Of a stretch of DNA of 64,000 nucleotides, positions 10,046-18,942 are shown in pieces. The translations under genes were made by a program, and so were the position numbers. This DNA is from a virus. The notes beneath the pieces were generated by a model, which ran no database searches, was not told the DNA's origin, and saw only the letters and a list, made by a program, of their open reading frames with translations. The stretch lies in the IMG/VR virus record IMGVR_UViG_3300048592_000443, positions 5,947-69,946 of that record; one strand, written 5' to 3'. How positions within the stretch are numbered: the stretch's first letter is position 1; every line of letters starts with the position of its first letter.

Positions 10046-11458
10046 GTGACACAGATGGACTACTCTTCGTTCCTTGCCTCAAAGCGGCTCATTCATCAGC
10101 CGTCAGGCTTTGAGGTTGCGCTAGACGACATCAGCGCGCAAGGCTTCGACTATCAGCGCGTCATCGTGCGCTGGGCACTCCGCAAGGGCAAATGCTGCCT
10201 GTTTCTCGACACGGGCAACGGCAAGAGCTTTTGCTTTCTGGAGTGGGGCCGGCTCGTCTACCAGCACACCGGCCGCGACGTACTCATTCTCGCACCCCTC
10301 GCCGTCAGTCATCAGATTGCCCGTGAGGGTGAGAAGTTCGGCGTACCTGTGACCGTCTGCCGCGAGCAGAGCGATTGCCGCCCTGGCCTGAACGTGACCA
10401 ATTACGAGCGTCTGCACAAGTTTGACGCCTCGCAGTTTGGCGCTGTGGTCTGTGATGAGGGCTCAATCCTCAAGAGCCGCGACGGCAAAACGAGGACGCA
10501 GATCCTTGATACGTTCGCCGCGACGCCATATAAGCTGGTCGCGACCGCAACGCCATCGCCCAATGACCAGATGGAACTAGGCACCTACGCCGAGTTTCTA
10601 GGGGTGATGAGTTATACCGAAATGCTCGCCACGTTCTTCACGCACGACGGCGGCGACACCAGCCAGTGGCGACTGAAGGGCCATGCCGAGAGCGACTTTT
10701 ACAAGTGGCTGGCCTCGTGGGCTGTGGCGATGCGCTCACCTGCCGATCTCGGCTTTGATGCCTCTCGGCACGTTCTGCCGCCGAAGGTTCGGCACCAGAT
10801 TGAGGTTGCCGCCGACGATGACACGGCGCTCAGGCAGGGTACGCTCTTCGCAATGGAAGCTCAGGCCCTTATCGAGCGGCGACAGGCACGCAAGGCCAGT
10901 TTGCCGGAGCGGGTCAAGGCGGCGGCCGATATCGTCAACGGCCTGCCAGCCGATGAGAAGGTCGCGATCTGGTGCAACCTGAACGCCGAGGGTGACGCAC
11001 TCACAGCGGCGATTGCGGGTGCAAAGCAGGTGAGCGGCAGTGACAGTGCCGAGTACAAAGAGCAGACGATCCTGGACTTTGCACACGGCGGGCTCAATCG
11101 GATCGTCACTAAACCTGAGATCGCAGGGCACGGGCTCAACCTGCAAGCCTGCCGCTATACCGTGTTTGTTGGCCTGTCTGACAGCTTCGAGATGCTGTAC
11201 CAGGCAGAGCGGCGCTTCTGGCGCTTTGGACAGTCCAGAGAAGTCAACATCTGGATTATCACAAGCGAGTTGGAAGGCGCAGTTGTCAGGAATATCGAGC
11301 GCAAAGAGGCGCAGCATCATGCGCTAATGGACGGACTAGTCGCGCACATGCGCGCGGCGATGGCTGAGGAACTAGGCAGCACGATACGGCAGACCGAGGC
11401 GTATAACCCCAGCAAGGTCATGCGGCTTCCCGCGTGGCTCAAGAGTGAGGCAGCGTAA
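10046..11458 (+). CDS. SNF2-like helicase (methyltransferase-associated type)
   Basis: DTGNGKS, DEGS, TATPSPND, GLNLQ, QAERRFWRFGQ. Confidence 0.85.
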   Translation: MTQMDYSSFLASKRLIHQPSGFEVALDDISAQGFDYQRVIVRWALRKGKCCLFLDTGNGKSFCFLEWGRLVYQHTGRDVLILAPLAVSHQIAREGEKFGVPVTVCREQSDCRPGLNVTNYERLHKFDASQFGAVVCDEGSILKSRDGKTRTQILDTFAATPYKLVATATPSPNDQMELGTYAEFLGVMSYTEMLATFFTHDGGDTSQWRLKGHAESDFYKWLASWAVAMRSPADLGFDASRHVLPPKVRHQIEVAADDDTALRQGTLFAMEAQALIERRQARKASLPERVKAAADIVNGLPADEKVAIWCNLNAEGDALTAAIAGAKQVSGSDSAEYKEQTILDFAHGGLNRIVTKPEIAGHGLNLQACRYTVFVGLSDSFEMLYQAERRFWRFGQSREVNIWIITSELEGAVVRNIERKEAQHHALMDGLVAHMRAAMAEELGSTIRQTEAYNPSKVMRLPAWLKSEAA

Positions 11459-11459
11459 A

Positions 11460-11771
11460 ATGGAATTTCGTAAGGGACAGGACAGGAACGATCCTGGCAC
11501 CGTGGCAGACGAGTACCGCATTGATGTTACTGATCGGGCGCGTGCCGTATTCGGTGACATTGCGCAGTCTGCTGAACAGGTCGTTGACAATGCTCACAGC
11601 CCCTGCACGCTGTCAGAGGACAGGGCCAGATACCGCGCGCATCGTATTCAGACCGAGGCCGCCGATCAACTGAATCTGGCGCACGGCGATGTGATTATCA
11701 CTTTTGTTAATGGCGCCGTGGTTCGTATCAGTTCGTCTGAGTGGGGACACGTCATCAGGGAGGCGGCGTAA
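11460..11771 (+). CDS. Hypothetical protein
   Basis: Fills the gap between helicase and methylase with tight spacing. Confidence 0.55.
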   Translation: MEFRKGQDRNDPGTVADEYRIDVTDRARAVFGDIAQSAEQVVDNAHSPCTLSEDRARYRAHRIQTEAADQLNLAHGDVIITFVNGAVVRISSSEWGHVIREAA

Positions 11772-12782
11772 ATGGCAACCAAGGTACTTGACCAGGCCCA
11801 CGGCGAGATGTTTACCCTGTATCACGGTGATTGTGTTGAGGGCATGCGCGGCGTGCCTGACAACTCGGTTGACTTTAGCATCTTCTCGCCGCCGTTCGCC
11901 TCGCTGTACACCTATTCCAACAGCGAGCGCGACATGGGTAACACCCTGACCCATGCCGGCTTCTTTCAGCAGTATCGCTATCTGATTGCCGAGCAGATGC
12001 GAACCATGAAGCCCGGCCGGCTGATCTCGGTTCACTGTATGCAGTTGCCTGCGACCAAAGAGCGCGACGGCTTCATTGGCCTTCACGACTTCCGAGGCGA
12101 CATTATCAGGGCATACCAGGACGCCGGCTTTATCTATCACTCTGAGGTTGTGATCTGGAAAGATCCCGTGACCGCAATGCAGCGCACCAAGGCGCTAGGG
12201 CTGCTGTATAAGCAGCTCAAAAAGGACAGCGCCCGCAGTCGTCAGGGCATTCCTGACTATCTCGTGACCTTTCAGAAGCCAGGCACCAACCCTGACCCGG
12301 TGACGAAAACCCCTGAGGAATTCCCGGTTGAACTGTGGCAGCAGGAAGCCTCGCCGGTCTGGAACTACGGCGAGAACGATCCGCCGGTTAAGCAGTTTCT
12401 CGACTGGATCATGGGCTTCTTTCGTCACCCTGACACCCTGCCAGTATGGCAGCGCTATCAGGATGCCGTCTGGTACGACATTAACCCCTCTGACACCCTG
12501 CAATATCGCAGCGCTCGCGAGCATCAAGACGAGCGGCATATCTGCCCCTTGCAGCTCGAAGTCATCAGGCGGGCGATCCGGCTCTGGACGAACCCCGGTG
12601 ACGTGGTTCTCTCGCCCTTTGCCGGCATCGGCTCTGAACTGGTGACAGCACTGGAGATGGGCCGGCGCGCGGTTGGCTTTGAACTCAAGAAGTCCTACTA
12701 TGAGCAGGCCCGGCGCAACTGCCAGGCCGCAGAGCAGGCCGCCCATCAGCCAACCCTCTTTGGCCTTCTCGACGCCGCCTAG
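11772..12782 (+). CDS. DNA methyltransferase (N4-C/N6-A, beta class)
   Basis: GDC, FSPPF catalytic motif, SPFAGIGSE SAM-binding motif. Confidence 0.9.
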   Translation: MATKVLDQAHGEMFTLYHGDCVEGMRGVPDNSVDFSIFSPPFASLYTYSNSERDMGNTLTHAGFFQQYRYLIAEQMRTMKPGRLISVHCMQLPATKERDGFIGLHDFRGDIIRAYQDAGFIYHSEVVIWKDPVTAMQRTKALGLLYKQLKKDSARSRQGIPDYLVTFQKPGTNPDPVTKTPEEFPVELWQQEASPVWNYGENDPPVKQFLDWIMGFFRHPDTLPVWQRYQDAVWYDINPSDTLQYRSAREHQDERHICPLQLEVIRRAIRLWTNPGDVVLSPFAGIGSELVTALEMGRRAVGFELKKSYYEQARRNCQAAEQAAHQPTLFGLLDAA

Positions 12783-12797
12783 TGCGACAGGTCGCAC
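12782..12797. promoter_or_regulatory. Operator copy (perfect)
   Basis: GTGCGACAGGTCGCAC overlapping the methylase TAG. Confidence 0.75.
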
Positions 12798-12815
12798 ACA
12801 GAAAGGAACTGACCC

Positions 12816-13154
12816 ATGGCAAAGAAGAGTGACGACAAGGCGCCCGGCTATGACGCGACCGGCTACACGGGCGTGGCGGGCTATCTCTGGTCAACCTTCA
12901 AGCGGGGAACTGAGGCGCAGTATCGGGAGATCGGCCCGCGTATCGAGGGCCGCGACGTGGTGTACACCTTCCTGACGATCCTGAAGAGTGACGAGGCCGT
13001 GAAGACGGCCGAGGTCCAGACGGCGATTGCCAAGCTCCTGAACAAGCCTGCCAAGATGATCACGGTCGTGATGACCCACGAGCCGGCGCCCGATGCGCCG
13101 CCGCCCCTTGCCGGCGTTGACGCGCCGGCCGTGAAAGAGGTTGTCAATGCTTGA
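12816..13154 (+). CDS. Hypothetical protein
   Basis: AAAGGA RBS, GC-biased codons. Confidence 0.7.
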   Translation: MAKKSDDKAPGYDATGYTGVAGYLWSTFKRGTEAQYREIGPRIEGRDVVYTFLTILKSDEAVKTAEVQTAIAKLLNKPAKMITVVMTHEPAPDAPPPLAGVDAPAVKEVVNA

Positions 13155-13539
13155 CGAGTTAGAGCGGGCGATTGCCAGCGTTGACCGGCTCGATTGGCGT
13201 ATCGCACAGGAGCCTGATGGCGAGTGGGTTGCGTGGTTTCACCCTGACTGGCAGTCAGACCCCGTGCGCGTCGTCCTAGCAGACGAAGAGCCAAGCAAGA
13301 ACGAGGTTGCCGCTATCGCGGCGCTGCAACTGATGCTGGCGCACGCGCCTAGATTGGTTGAGATGGCTGGCGCAGTGCGGAACTATCGCGCTATGTGGAA
13401 GTTGGCCGATGACGCGCTGACACAGGGCAGCGACCCGCAGACAACTGATCGCCTGCTAGGCGAGGAAAACACCGCGCGCGAGCATCTGTTTACGTTGCTC
13501 CGACAGCTCGAAGAGGCAGGCGGCACGCGAGAAGGCTAA
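13147..13539 (+). CDS. Hypothetical protein
   Basis: GAGG RBS, overlaps upstream stop. Confidence 0.6.
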   Translation: MLDELERAIASVDRLDWRIAQEPDGEWVAWFHPDWQSDPVRVVLADEEPSKNEVAAIAALQLMLAHAPRLVEMAGAVRNYRAMWKLADDALTQGSDPQTTDRLLGEENTAREHLFTLLRQLEEAGGTREG

Positions 13540-13543
13540 CGCC

Positions 13544-13765
13544 ATGCTGCGCCGAGAGGTCATTACGCGCGCCCGTGACCCGGCCCGGCATCGGGCGCGC
13601 ACATGCCGAGGAAAGAAGCGCTATCGCCGCCGTTGGCTGGCCGAAGTTGACGCCAAGAAGGTGAGTGGCCTCACAGGCGGCATGATCGTCGCCTACGCCT
13701 GCCGGTATTGCTGGGGCTGGCACATCGGGCATTTAGTGAGGAGCAATCCATATGAACGCGACTGA
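13544..13765 (+). CDS. Small basic Zn-binding phage protein
   Basis: C.GKKRY...AY.C..C.GWH.GH pattern. Confidence 0.65.
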   Translation: MLRREVITRARDPARHRARTCRGKKRYRRRWLAEVDAKKVSGLTGGMIVAYACRYCWGWHIGHLVRSNPYERD

Positions 13766-14102
13766 GTACCAGCGGCTCGCCGCTCGCACGCTGATTGACC
13801 GGCCTGATTTCGAGATCACAGACAAGCAGATCATGATCGTCTGGTGTGCGGTTGGCCTTGCCGGCGAGACAGGCGAAGTAATGGAGCATGTCAAGAAAGG
13901 CATCTTTCATCAGCACGGCCTTGACCCTGAGAAGATGCGCAAAGAGTTGGGCGATGTGCTGTGGTACGTCGCCGGCCTCTGTTCGACACTCGGACTGGAC
14001 ATGGGCGAGGTGATGACCGAGAACGTCGAGAAGTTGCGCCGCCGCTACCCGAACGGCTATTCGTCGGCTGATAGTATCCGCCGTGTGGACACAGAGGCGT
14101 AG
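13752..14102 (+). CDS. MazG-like NTP pyrophosphohydrolase
   Basis: GLAGETGEV..KK, KELGDVLWYVA, N.EKL.RRYP.G. Confidence 0.88.
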   Translation: MNATEYQRLAARTLIDRPDFEITDKQIMIVWCAVGLAGETGEVMEHVKKGIFHQHGLDPEKMRKELGDVLWYVAGLCSTLGLDMGEVMTENVEKLRRRYPNGYSSADSIRRVDTEA

Positions 14103-14104
14103 CG

Positions 14105-14971
14105 ATGCGCAAGACTGGACAGCGCCACAATGCGCAAGAGGTGAGCAAGGCGGCCGAACGGGCCCGCACATGGTTACGCGAGAACGGCGCCAGTCGCCGC
14201 TGGCATCGCGGCTCAACTGACAGAGAGGCGATTGACCAGTTCTTGATCCTCTCGCACGGTGAGTTGCCCCTGAATGACCAGGCCGCTTACATCGGCCTGT
14301 CGGCGCACGGGATTAAGGCGCGGCGGCGCCGGTTGTACCGGGAAGGGCGCATCGTCGAGACAGAGCGCGCCAACTGCCCGACTTTGGAAGAGACAGACCG
14401 CGAAGAGATCCGGCGCCTATACGCCAATGGCTACAGTCAGCGGGCGATTGCCGCGATGCGCCAGATTGGCCCCGAGCGCGTGCGCCGACTGGTTAAGGGC
14501 GTGCGTCGCGCGCCAGCCCTACTGATGACCGACATCGAACGCATTTTCGGAGTGAGCGATACCACGGCGGGCGATTGGGTCAGGCGCGGTTGGCTGCCAG
14601 AAGAGCGCACCAATCCAGAGAACAGCCGGTCACACTATCGCTTCACGCGGGCAGACCTGTTCGAGTTTGCCGCCAATCGCCACACCTGGCCGGCGTGGCA
14701 ACCCGCACAGGTGAACGATCCTGAACTGCGCGCCTTTGCCGAGTTGCAGCGCCAGTCTGCCGGCGCCCGCTGGTGGAGTGTGAAGGAACTCGCGCTCTAC
14801 TGGGGCGTGACCCGCGATACGATGCACAGTTACATCAGTTGGGGTTATCTCTCAGATGCGGGCGAGCGGCGCACAACCTACGGCCGGGCCTGCTACTACT
14901 GGTTTCGAGAGCCGCCACCGATTACCCATCAGCGCCCCGCAAAACGACGGCGCGCAATCGCCGCAGACTAA
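14105..14971 (+). CDS. Multi-HTH DNA-binding protein
   Basis: Several HTH-like segments (YSQRAIA, DIERIFGVSDTT..W..RGWL, VKELALYWGV). Confidence 0.65.
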   Translation: MRKTGQRHNAQEVSKAAERARTWLRENGASRRWHRGSTDREAIDQFLILSHGELPLNDQAAYIGLSAHGIKARRRRLYREGRIVETERANCPTLEETDREEIRRLYANGYSQRAIAAMRQIGPERVRRLVKGVRRAPALLMTDIERIFGVSDTTAGDWVRRGWLPEERTNPENSRSHYRFTRADLFEFAANRHTWPAWQPAQVNDPELRAFAELQRQSAGARWWSVKELALYWGVTRDTMHSYISWGYLSDAGERRTTYGRACYYWFREPPPITHQRPAKRRRAIAAD

Positions 14972-14976
14972 CTGCT

Positions 14977-15204
14977 ATGACACGTCGCCCTGTCACCCTG
15001 TATGACCCTGACGGCGCAGAGATCGGCAAGCCGCTTGCCGAAGCGCTCGAAATCCTCGGATGCTCGCGCGCCCTGGTATACAAAATCTCAGAGCCCGTCG
15101 AGGGCGGGCGTAAGTTGACCCGATGGCCGAAGCGCTACGGGCAGCGCGGGCCAGACAAGCGCAAACGCAAACAGCGGTATGACACATGGGAGCCAACGCT
15201 ATGA
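14977..15204 (+). CDS. Hypothetical protein, possible HTH
   Basis: EALEILGCSRALVYK; ATGA coupling downstream. Confidence 0.5.
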   Translation: MTRRPVTLYDPDGAEIGKPLAEALEILGCSRALVYKISEPVEGGRKLTRWPKRYGQRGPDKRKRKQRYDTWEPTL

Positions 15205-15623
15205 CCCGCGTCTCTTCCCTTGCCGATCTGCCGCTTTCAGACGATGTGCGCCGACTCAACCCTGATGCGGTCGCGCCTGAGCAGCCGAGCAAGGCGAGCA
15301 AGTACGGCAACGTGAGAACACAGATCGATGGGATCTGGTTTGATAGCAAAGCAGAGGCAAACAGGTATGCAGAACTGCGGCTCTTGCAGCGTGAAGGGTT
15401 GATCGCCATGCTCTGCCCCTCGCCTGAACAGCCCAAAAAGCAGCGCTTTAAGTTGACTGCCGGCCTGACCTTCACACCTGACTTTACGTACTTCGAGCAA
15501 GGCAAGCAGGTTGCCGAAGATGTGAAGGGCGGCAAGGCGACGATGACCCAGGCCGCGACAATGCGGGTGAAGCTCTTTCGTGAGTGCTATCCGCAGATCG
15601 AACTGAGGATTGTTGAAAGGTAA
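15201..15623 (+). CDS. DUF1064-like PD-(D/E)xK endonuclease
   Basis: SKYGN...DGI.FDSKAEA.RY, PDF.Y, EDVKG. Confidence 0.82.
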   Translation: MTRVSSLADLPLSDDVRRLNPDAVAPEQPSKASKYGNVRTQIDGIWFDSKAEANRYAELRLLQREGLIAMLCPSPEQPKKQRFKLTAGLTFTPDFTYFEQGKQVAEDVKGGKATMTQAATMRVKLFRECYPQIELRIVER

Positions 15624-15629
15624 ACCCTC

Positions 15630-15845
15630 GTGAACTTCATCGCCTGGTACGACGACGACAGAAAGCGTACTCTTGCTCAGAAGATAGCCGACGCCTGCGA
15701 GGCATTCCAGTCCCGCATGGGCATTGCGGCAACCGTCGCCCTGATTAGCCTGGACGATGGTCCTGCGCCCGCTGATGCGCTCGTGCGGATTGAGTCGCGC
15801 AGCACGATCCGGCGCAATACCGTATGGGCAGGCCGCGATGAGTGA
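15630..15845 (+). CDS. Hypothetical protein
   Basis: AAGG RBS, operonic. Confidence 0.55.
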   Translation: MNFIAWYDDDRKRTLAQKIADACEAFQSRMGIAATVALISLDDGPAPADALVRIESRSTIRRNTVWAGRDE

Positions 15846-16416
15846 CAAAGCGCAGTATGCCGCCATCGGCGCCTACCTTGGTGTGCAGAATGGCGACGAC
15901 TGGATACAGACCGCATCAGGCAAGGCGTTCTATCCGCTGCGCCCCCGGCCTGATGACATCTGCCTGACTGACATTGCGCATGCCCTCGGCAACCTGTGCC
16001 GATACGGCGGCCAATGCCGCGCGTTCTACTCGGTTGCTGAGCACTCGGTATTGCTCTCGTACGCCGTGCCGCCTGAACTTGCCCAATGGGCACTGATGCA
16101 CGATGCGTCTGAGGCCTATCTGATTGACATTCCGAAGCCGCTCAAGCCATTTCTGCCGCAGTATCTTGATGCAGAGCGGCGCCTGATGGAACTGATCGCG
16201 GCGCGCTACGGGCTTGAATGGCCTGAGCCTGAGACGCTTCACGAGTACGACACACGCATTCTGCACAATGAACAGGCCGCGCTACACCCTCACCCGCCGC
16301 GACCTTGGAACATTCCAGGGCAACCGCTCGCAGGGATTACGATTACGGGCTGGCCGCCGCTGATGGCACGCACTCGCTTTCTGGGCCGCTGTCAGGAGTT
16401 AGGCATCAATGACTGA
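15838..16416 (+). CDS. HD-domain phosphohydrolase (YfbR/YfdR-like)
   Basis: DIAHAL..LCRYGG, YSVAEHS, LMHDASEAY. Confidence 0.88.
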   Translation: MSDKAQYAAIGAYLGVQNGDDWIQTASGKAFYPLRPRPDDICLTDIAHALGNLCRYGGQCRAFYSVAEHSVLLSYAVPPELAQWALMHDASEAYLIDIPKPLKPFLPQYLDAERRLMELIAARYGLEWPEPETLHEYDTRILHNEQAALHPHPPRPWNIPGQPLAGITITGWPPLMARTRFLGRCQELGIND

Positions 16417-16834
16417 CACCAGCGTTATCACCAATGAGCAGGGGACGCTCATCGCCGTTGTGATCAATAACACCCGCTTTAGCCCGGAGGCAATCACCAT
16501 GGCCTGTGCGCAACTGGAAGAGAGCCGGCGCAACGCCGAGTTGTGGAAAGAAGCCGCAGCCGAAGCGCTGAACGGTCAAGATATACTGCGGCGCAAGTTG
16601 CACGAGGCGCGTGAGACGGCCGAACAGTACGCGGCACGCATTGCCGATGCCGAGCAGGCCATGGCCCTGATGGTTGACGATATGATGAAACGCGGCGAGA
16701 CGGCAGAGGCTATCGGCCGGGTGATGCGCTACGCCCGCGAGTATGTTGCACTCAGGACCGATACGGCATTCGAGGGGCTGGTTCGCTCCCTTGCCGAGTA
16801 TGACGAATTGAGGAAGCACGATGACAAACGATAA
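16409..16834 (+). CDS. Hypothetical coiled-coil protein
   Basis: Overlapping operonic ORF. Confidence 0.6.
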   Translation: MTDTSVITNEQGTLIAVVINNTRFSPEAITMACAQLEESRRNAELWKEAAAEALNGQDILRRKLHEARETAEQYAARIADAEQAMALMVDDMMKRGETAEAIGRVMRYAREYVALRTDTAFEGLVRSLAEYDELRKHDDKR

Positions 16835-17123
16835 GCCTGTTTTCGGCGATCTTGTGACCGTGTATGCTGTTTTAAAACGGCGTCGGCGCCATCTTGAAAG
16901 AGGCCAGGGCGAAAGAAAATACTGGCAACCCTGGCCTATTAACAAGCGAACCGGACTATACATCGGCTATCGCACTCTGTACGACGGTCGTGTAGATTGG
17001 ATCGATAGCGAGGCGGGAACAGTGTTTTACCCTGAAAGTCATTTTCAGGCAGCGCTGGTTGTGTTCTCGGAGCGTGAGCGCCCTGCGCTTGTGCCGTTTG
17101 ATAAGTTGAGGGTGATGCCATGA
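16821..17123 (+). CDS. Hypothetical protein
   Basis: GAGG RBS, overlap. Confidence 0.6.
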   Translation: MTNDKPVFGDLVTVYAVLKRRRRHLERGQGERKYWQPWPINKRTGLYIGYRTLYDGRVDWIDSEAGTVFYPESHFQAALVVFSERERPALVPFDKLRVMP

Positions 17124-17335
17124 TGATCTGTTACACGCCTTATCTTACTGACTTGCCCGGCATTGCCACTGAGTACGCCGAGTGGGCCACGCTCAACCCC
17201 GAGCAGGCGCGGGCCGCGCTCTGGCACTGTTACAATTCGGAGCTTCGCGGCGTGGCCTGGCGCTACTACTACCCGCCTCAGCCGTCGGATGTGGCGCACC
17301 GCATTAGGAGAGCGCGCGATGGCCGGCAAGCGTAA
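17120..17335 (+). CDS. Hypothetical protein
   Basis: ATGA coupling. Confidence 0.5.
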   Translation: MMICYTPYLTDLPGIATEYAEWATLNPEQARAALWHCYNSELRGVAWRYYYPPQPSDVAHRIRRARDGRQA

Positions 17336-17501
17336 GCCGTCGCGTGCGACCGCTCGCACGGATAGAACGCCTGCGCCGCCTGTGGACTGGAAGGGCAGGC
17401 CGCCGATGATTTGCACCCTCGGCAGTGACTTGGAAGAGAGCCGGCGCCTGCAAGAGCGGCTAGAGCAACTGAGACAGCGCACTAGACAGGGGATGGTATG
17501 A
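17319..17501 (+). CDS. Hypothetical protein
   Basis: AGGAG RBS; contains a near-operator at 17344-17359. Confidence 0.45.
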   Translation: MAGKRKPSRATARTDRTPAPPVDWKGRPPMICTLGSDLEESRRLQERLEQLRQRTRQGMV

Positions 17502-17692
17502 TGACCGTAACGGATCAGGCGCCGCAGCGGTTACAGGTCACAATCGAAGAAGCTGCCCGTATGCTGTCTTACGATGTGTCAACGGTTCGGCGCAAGATTG
17601 CCAGGGGCGAGATTAAAGCTACGGGACACGGGCGCGGGCGCCGTGTGCCTGTTGCCAGCTTGCAAGAGTATATCGAGCGCGAACAGGAGTAG
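17498..17692 (+). CDS. xis: Excisionase (HTH_17/MerR-like)
   Basis: VTIEEAARMLS...TVRRKIARGEI....G...RVPV..L.EYI; directly upstream of an integrase start. Confidence 0.8.
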   Translation: MMTVTDQAPQRLQVTIEEAARMLSYDVSTVRRKIARGEIKATGHGRGRRVPVASLQEYIEREQE

Positions 17693-17696
17693 TGCC

Positions 17697-17733
17697 ATGG
17701 CTCGCCGTCGTACCAAGGGTGAAGGGTCAATAC
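17697..17733 (+). pseudogene. Tyrosine integrase N-terminal stub (12 codons)
   Basis: AGGAG RBS + MARRRTKGEGSI, the typical arm-binding N-terminus, then abrupt junction to ISL3 sequence. Confidence 0.7.
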
Positions 17734-18030
17734 CAGGCGGCGCGTCATCAGGTGGTCGCTGTCCAGCTCGGGCGGCTGCTCGAAGAAGGTGTCGCCACAC
17801 TCCAGGCACTTGAAGCGGCGACGGAGGAGGAGGATACCCACCCGCTTCCCGTGCATCGGGGTGTCGATGAACAGTTGCGGGCGCGTCTCGTGGCGGTAGA
17901 GGCGGGGCTGGACGTGACCGCAGCGAGGGCACGCCGAAGGGAGCGGGGTGTACTCCGCCGTGTAGCGGGTCGCTCCCTCAGCGTGCTCCTCGCCGCTAAT
18001 CTGCCAGTTGGGGAAGCCGAGAGGGTTCAC
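17730..18030 (-). pseudogene. ISL3-family transposase N-terminal fragment
   Basis: CPRCG...D.P..GKRV....RRRFKCLECG.TF.E...MTRRL zf-ISL3 domain; no DDE domain follows. Confidence 0.85.
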
Positions 18031-18033
18031 GGG

Positions 18034-18474
18034 CTACGCCTCGTGACGGGCACGGGCATCACGAAGCAAGGCGCGAATGAGCTTGTCGCCGCCATTGGCC
18101 TTAACCCAGGCTTTCAGGTCGGCATCCATTCGCAGCTCGTATCTGCTGTCAAGCTCTGGTTCGGCGTCGAGGAGCTTCGGCAGGCGACCGGCGCGGAACT
18201 CGGCGCGCTGGTGGTAGTAGCCAAGCGAGAAGTCGCCCTGCTGCGACATGATGAGCGACCCTTCAAAGGCGTCGGCAGGCAGCTCGGCCATAATCGGCAG
18301 CAGCAGCTCGCGGGCCTCCTCGCCGCCGTTCTTGGTGGCCTGCATCAGCAATGGGGTCAGGTGGGACGGGACGATGCTCGCCTTCTCGTACATCCGCTCG
18401 ACGTTGGGGACAACGCCCAAGCGGTCGAGAGCGGCCAGCAGCCGCCCCAGGTGGTATCCGGTGCGAGTGCTCAT
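18034..18474 (-). CDS. Cas11c/Cas8c-C-terminus-like protein fused to an RHH-like domain
   Basis: GYHLGRLLAALD...AS..P...QQGDFSLGYYHQR matches the Cas8c C-terminal signature; then YELRMDADLKAWVKANGGDKLIRALLR. Confidence 0.7.
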   Translation of the reverse strand: MSTRTGYHLGRLLAALDRLGVVPNVERMYEKASIVPSHLTPLLMQATKNGGEEARELLLPIMAELPADAFEGSLIMSQQGDFSLGYYHQRAEFRAGRLPKLLDAEPELDSRYELRMDADLKAWVKANGGDKLIRALLRDARARHEA

Positions 18475-18477
18475 TGG

Positions 18478-18753
18478 TTAGCTCCTGCACTCGCAAGCGC
18501 CGCCCCAGTGGCCGGCGCACCCACCGTCGTGCTGCTCGCGCTTGGCCGGAGCGGCAGCGACGACCCGCAGGCCGCGATAGCCCAGCCACTCAGCAGGCGT
18601 GTTCAGCGTGTCGCCGCCCATCGCCACTTTGACCGCCTCGGCGCTGATCACCCAGGTCTTGGTGGTGCCGTCGAACTTGCCGCCGAGCTGCTTGGCCGTG
18701 CTGACGCCCTTGCCAAACACCTTGGGGTTCACGCTGACGGTGATGGTAGCCAT
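18478..18753 (-). CDS. Small hypothetical protein (DUF5710-like K.LG.KFD...K.W motif)
   Basis: AAAGG RBS, first gene after a strong promoter. Confidence 0.7.
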   Translation of the reverse strand: MATITVSVNPKVFGKGVSTAKQLGGKFDGTTKTWVISAEAVKVAMGGDTLNTPAEWLGYRGLRVVAAAPAKREQHDGGCAGHWGGACECRS

Positions 18754-18760
18754 TGCCTTG

Positions 18761-18843
18761 CCTTTCGTCCGTACACGCTTCGTCTCTGTACGTACATATT
18801 AGCACCGTGTACGTACAAAGTCAAGGGGTGTACGGACGAAAGG
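18761..18843 (-). promoter_or_regulatory. Sigma70-type promoter with palindromic operators
   Basis: TTGACT-17-TAATAT (18824-18796); two TGTACGTACA palindromes; flanking 16-bp IR CCTTTCGTCCGTACAC/GTGTACGGACGAAAGG. Confidence 0.75.
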
Positions 18844-18942
18844 AGGATCAGTTTGAAAGGTACGATTCCACGAACTACGCCGACTCAACTACCGAACGTT
18901 CGTGCTGCCTCTCCACGAGGTACGCCGATTAGCCCTATTTGT

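Noticed and set aside
10043-10048. Genome-wide TAG recoding (HNH TAG in frame with the next gene; TAG at 50843)
   Set aside because: Many genes end cleanly at TAG with operators or terminators right after; no suppressor tRNA seen
13752-16416. Z-genome (diaminopurine) pathway suggested by MazG + HD hydrolase
   Set aside because: No PurZ/PurA-like gene or phage DNA polymerase in the window; both enzymes are common in ordinary phages
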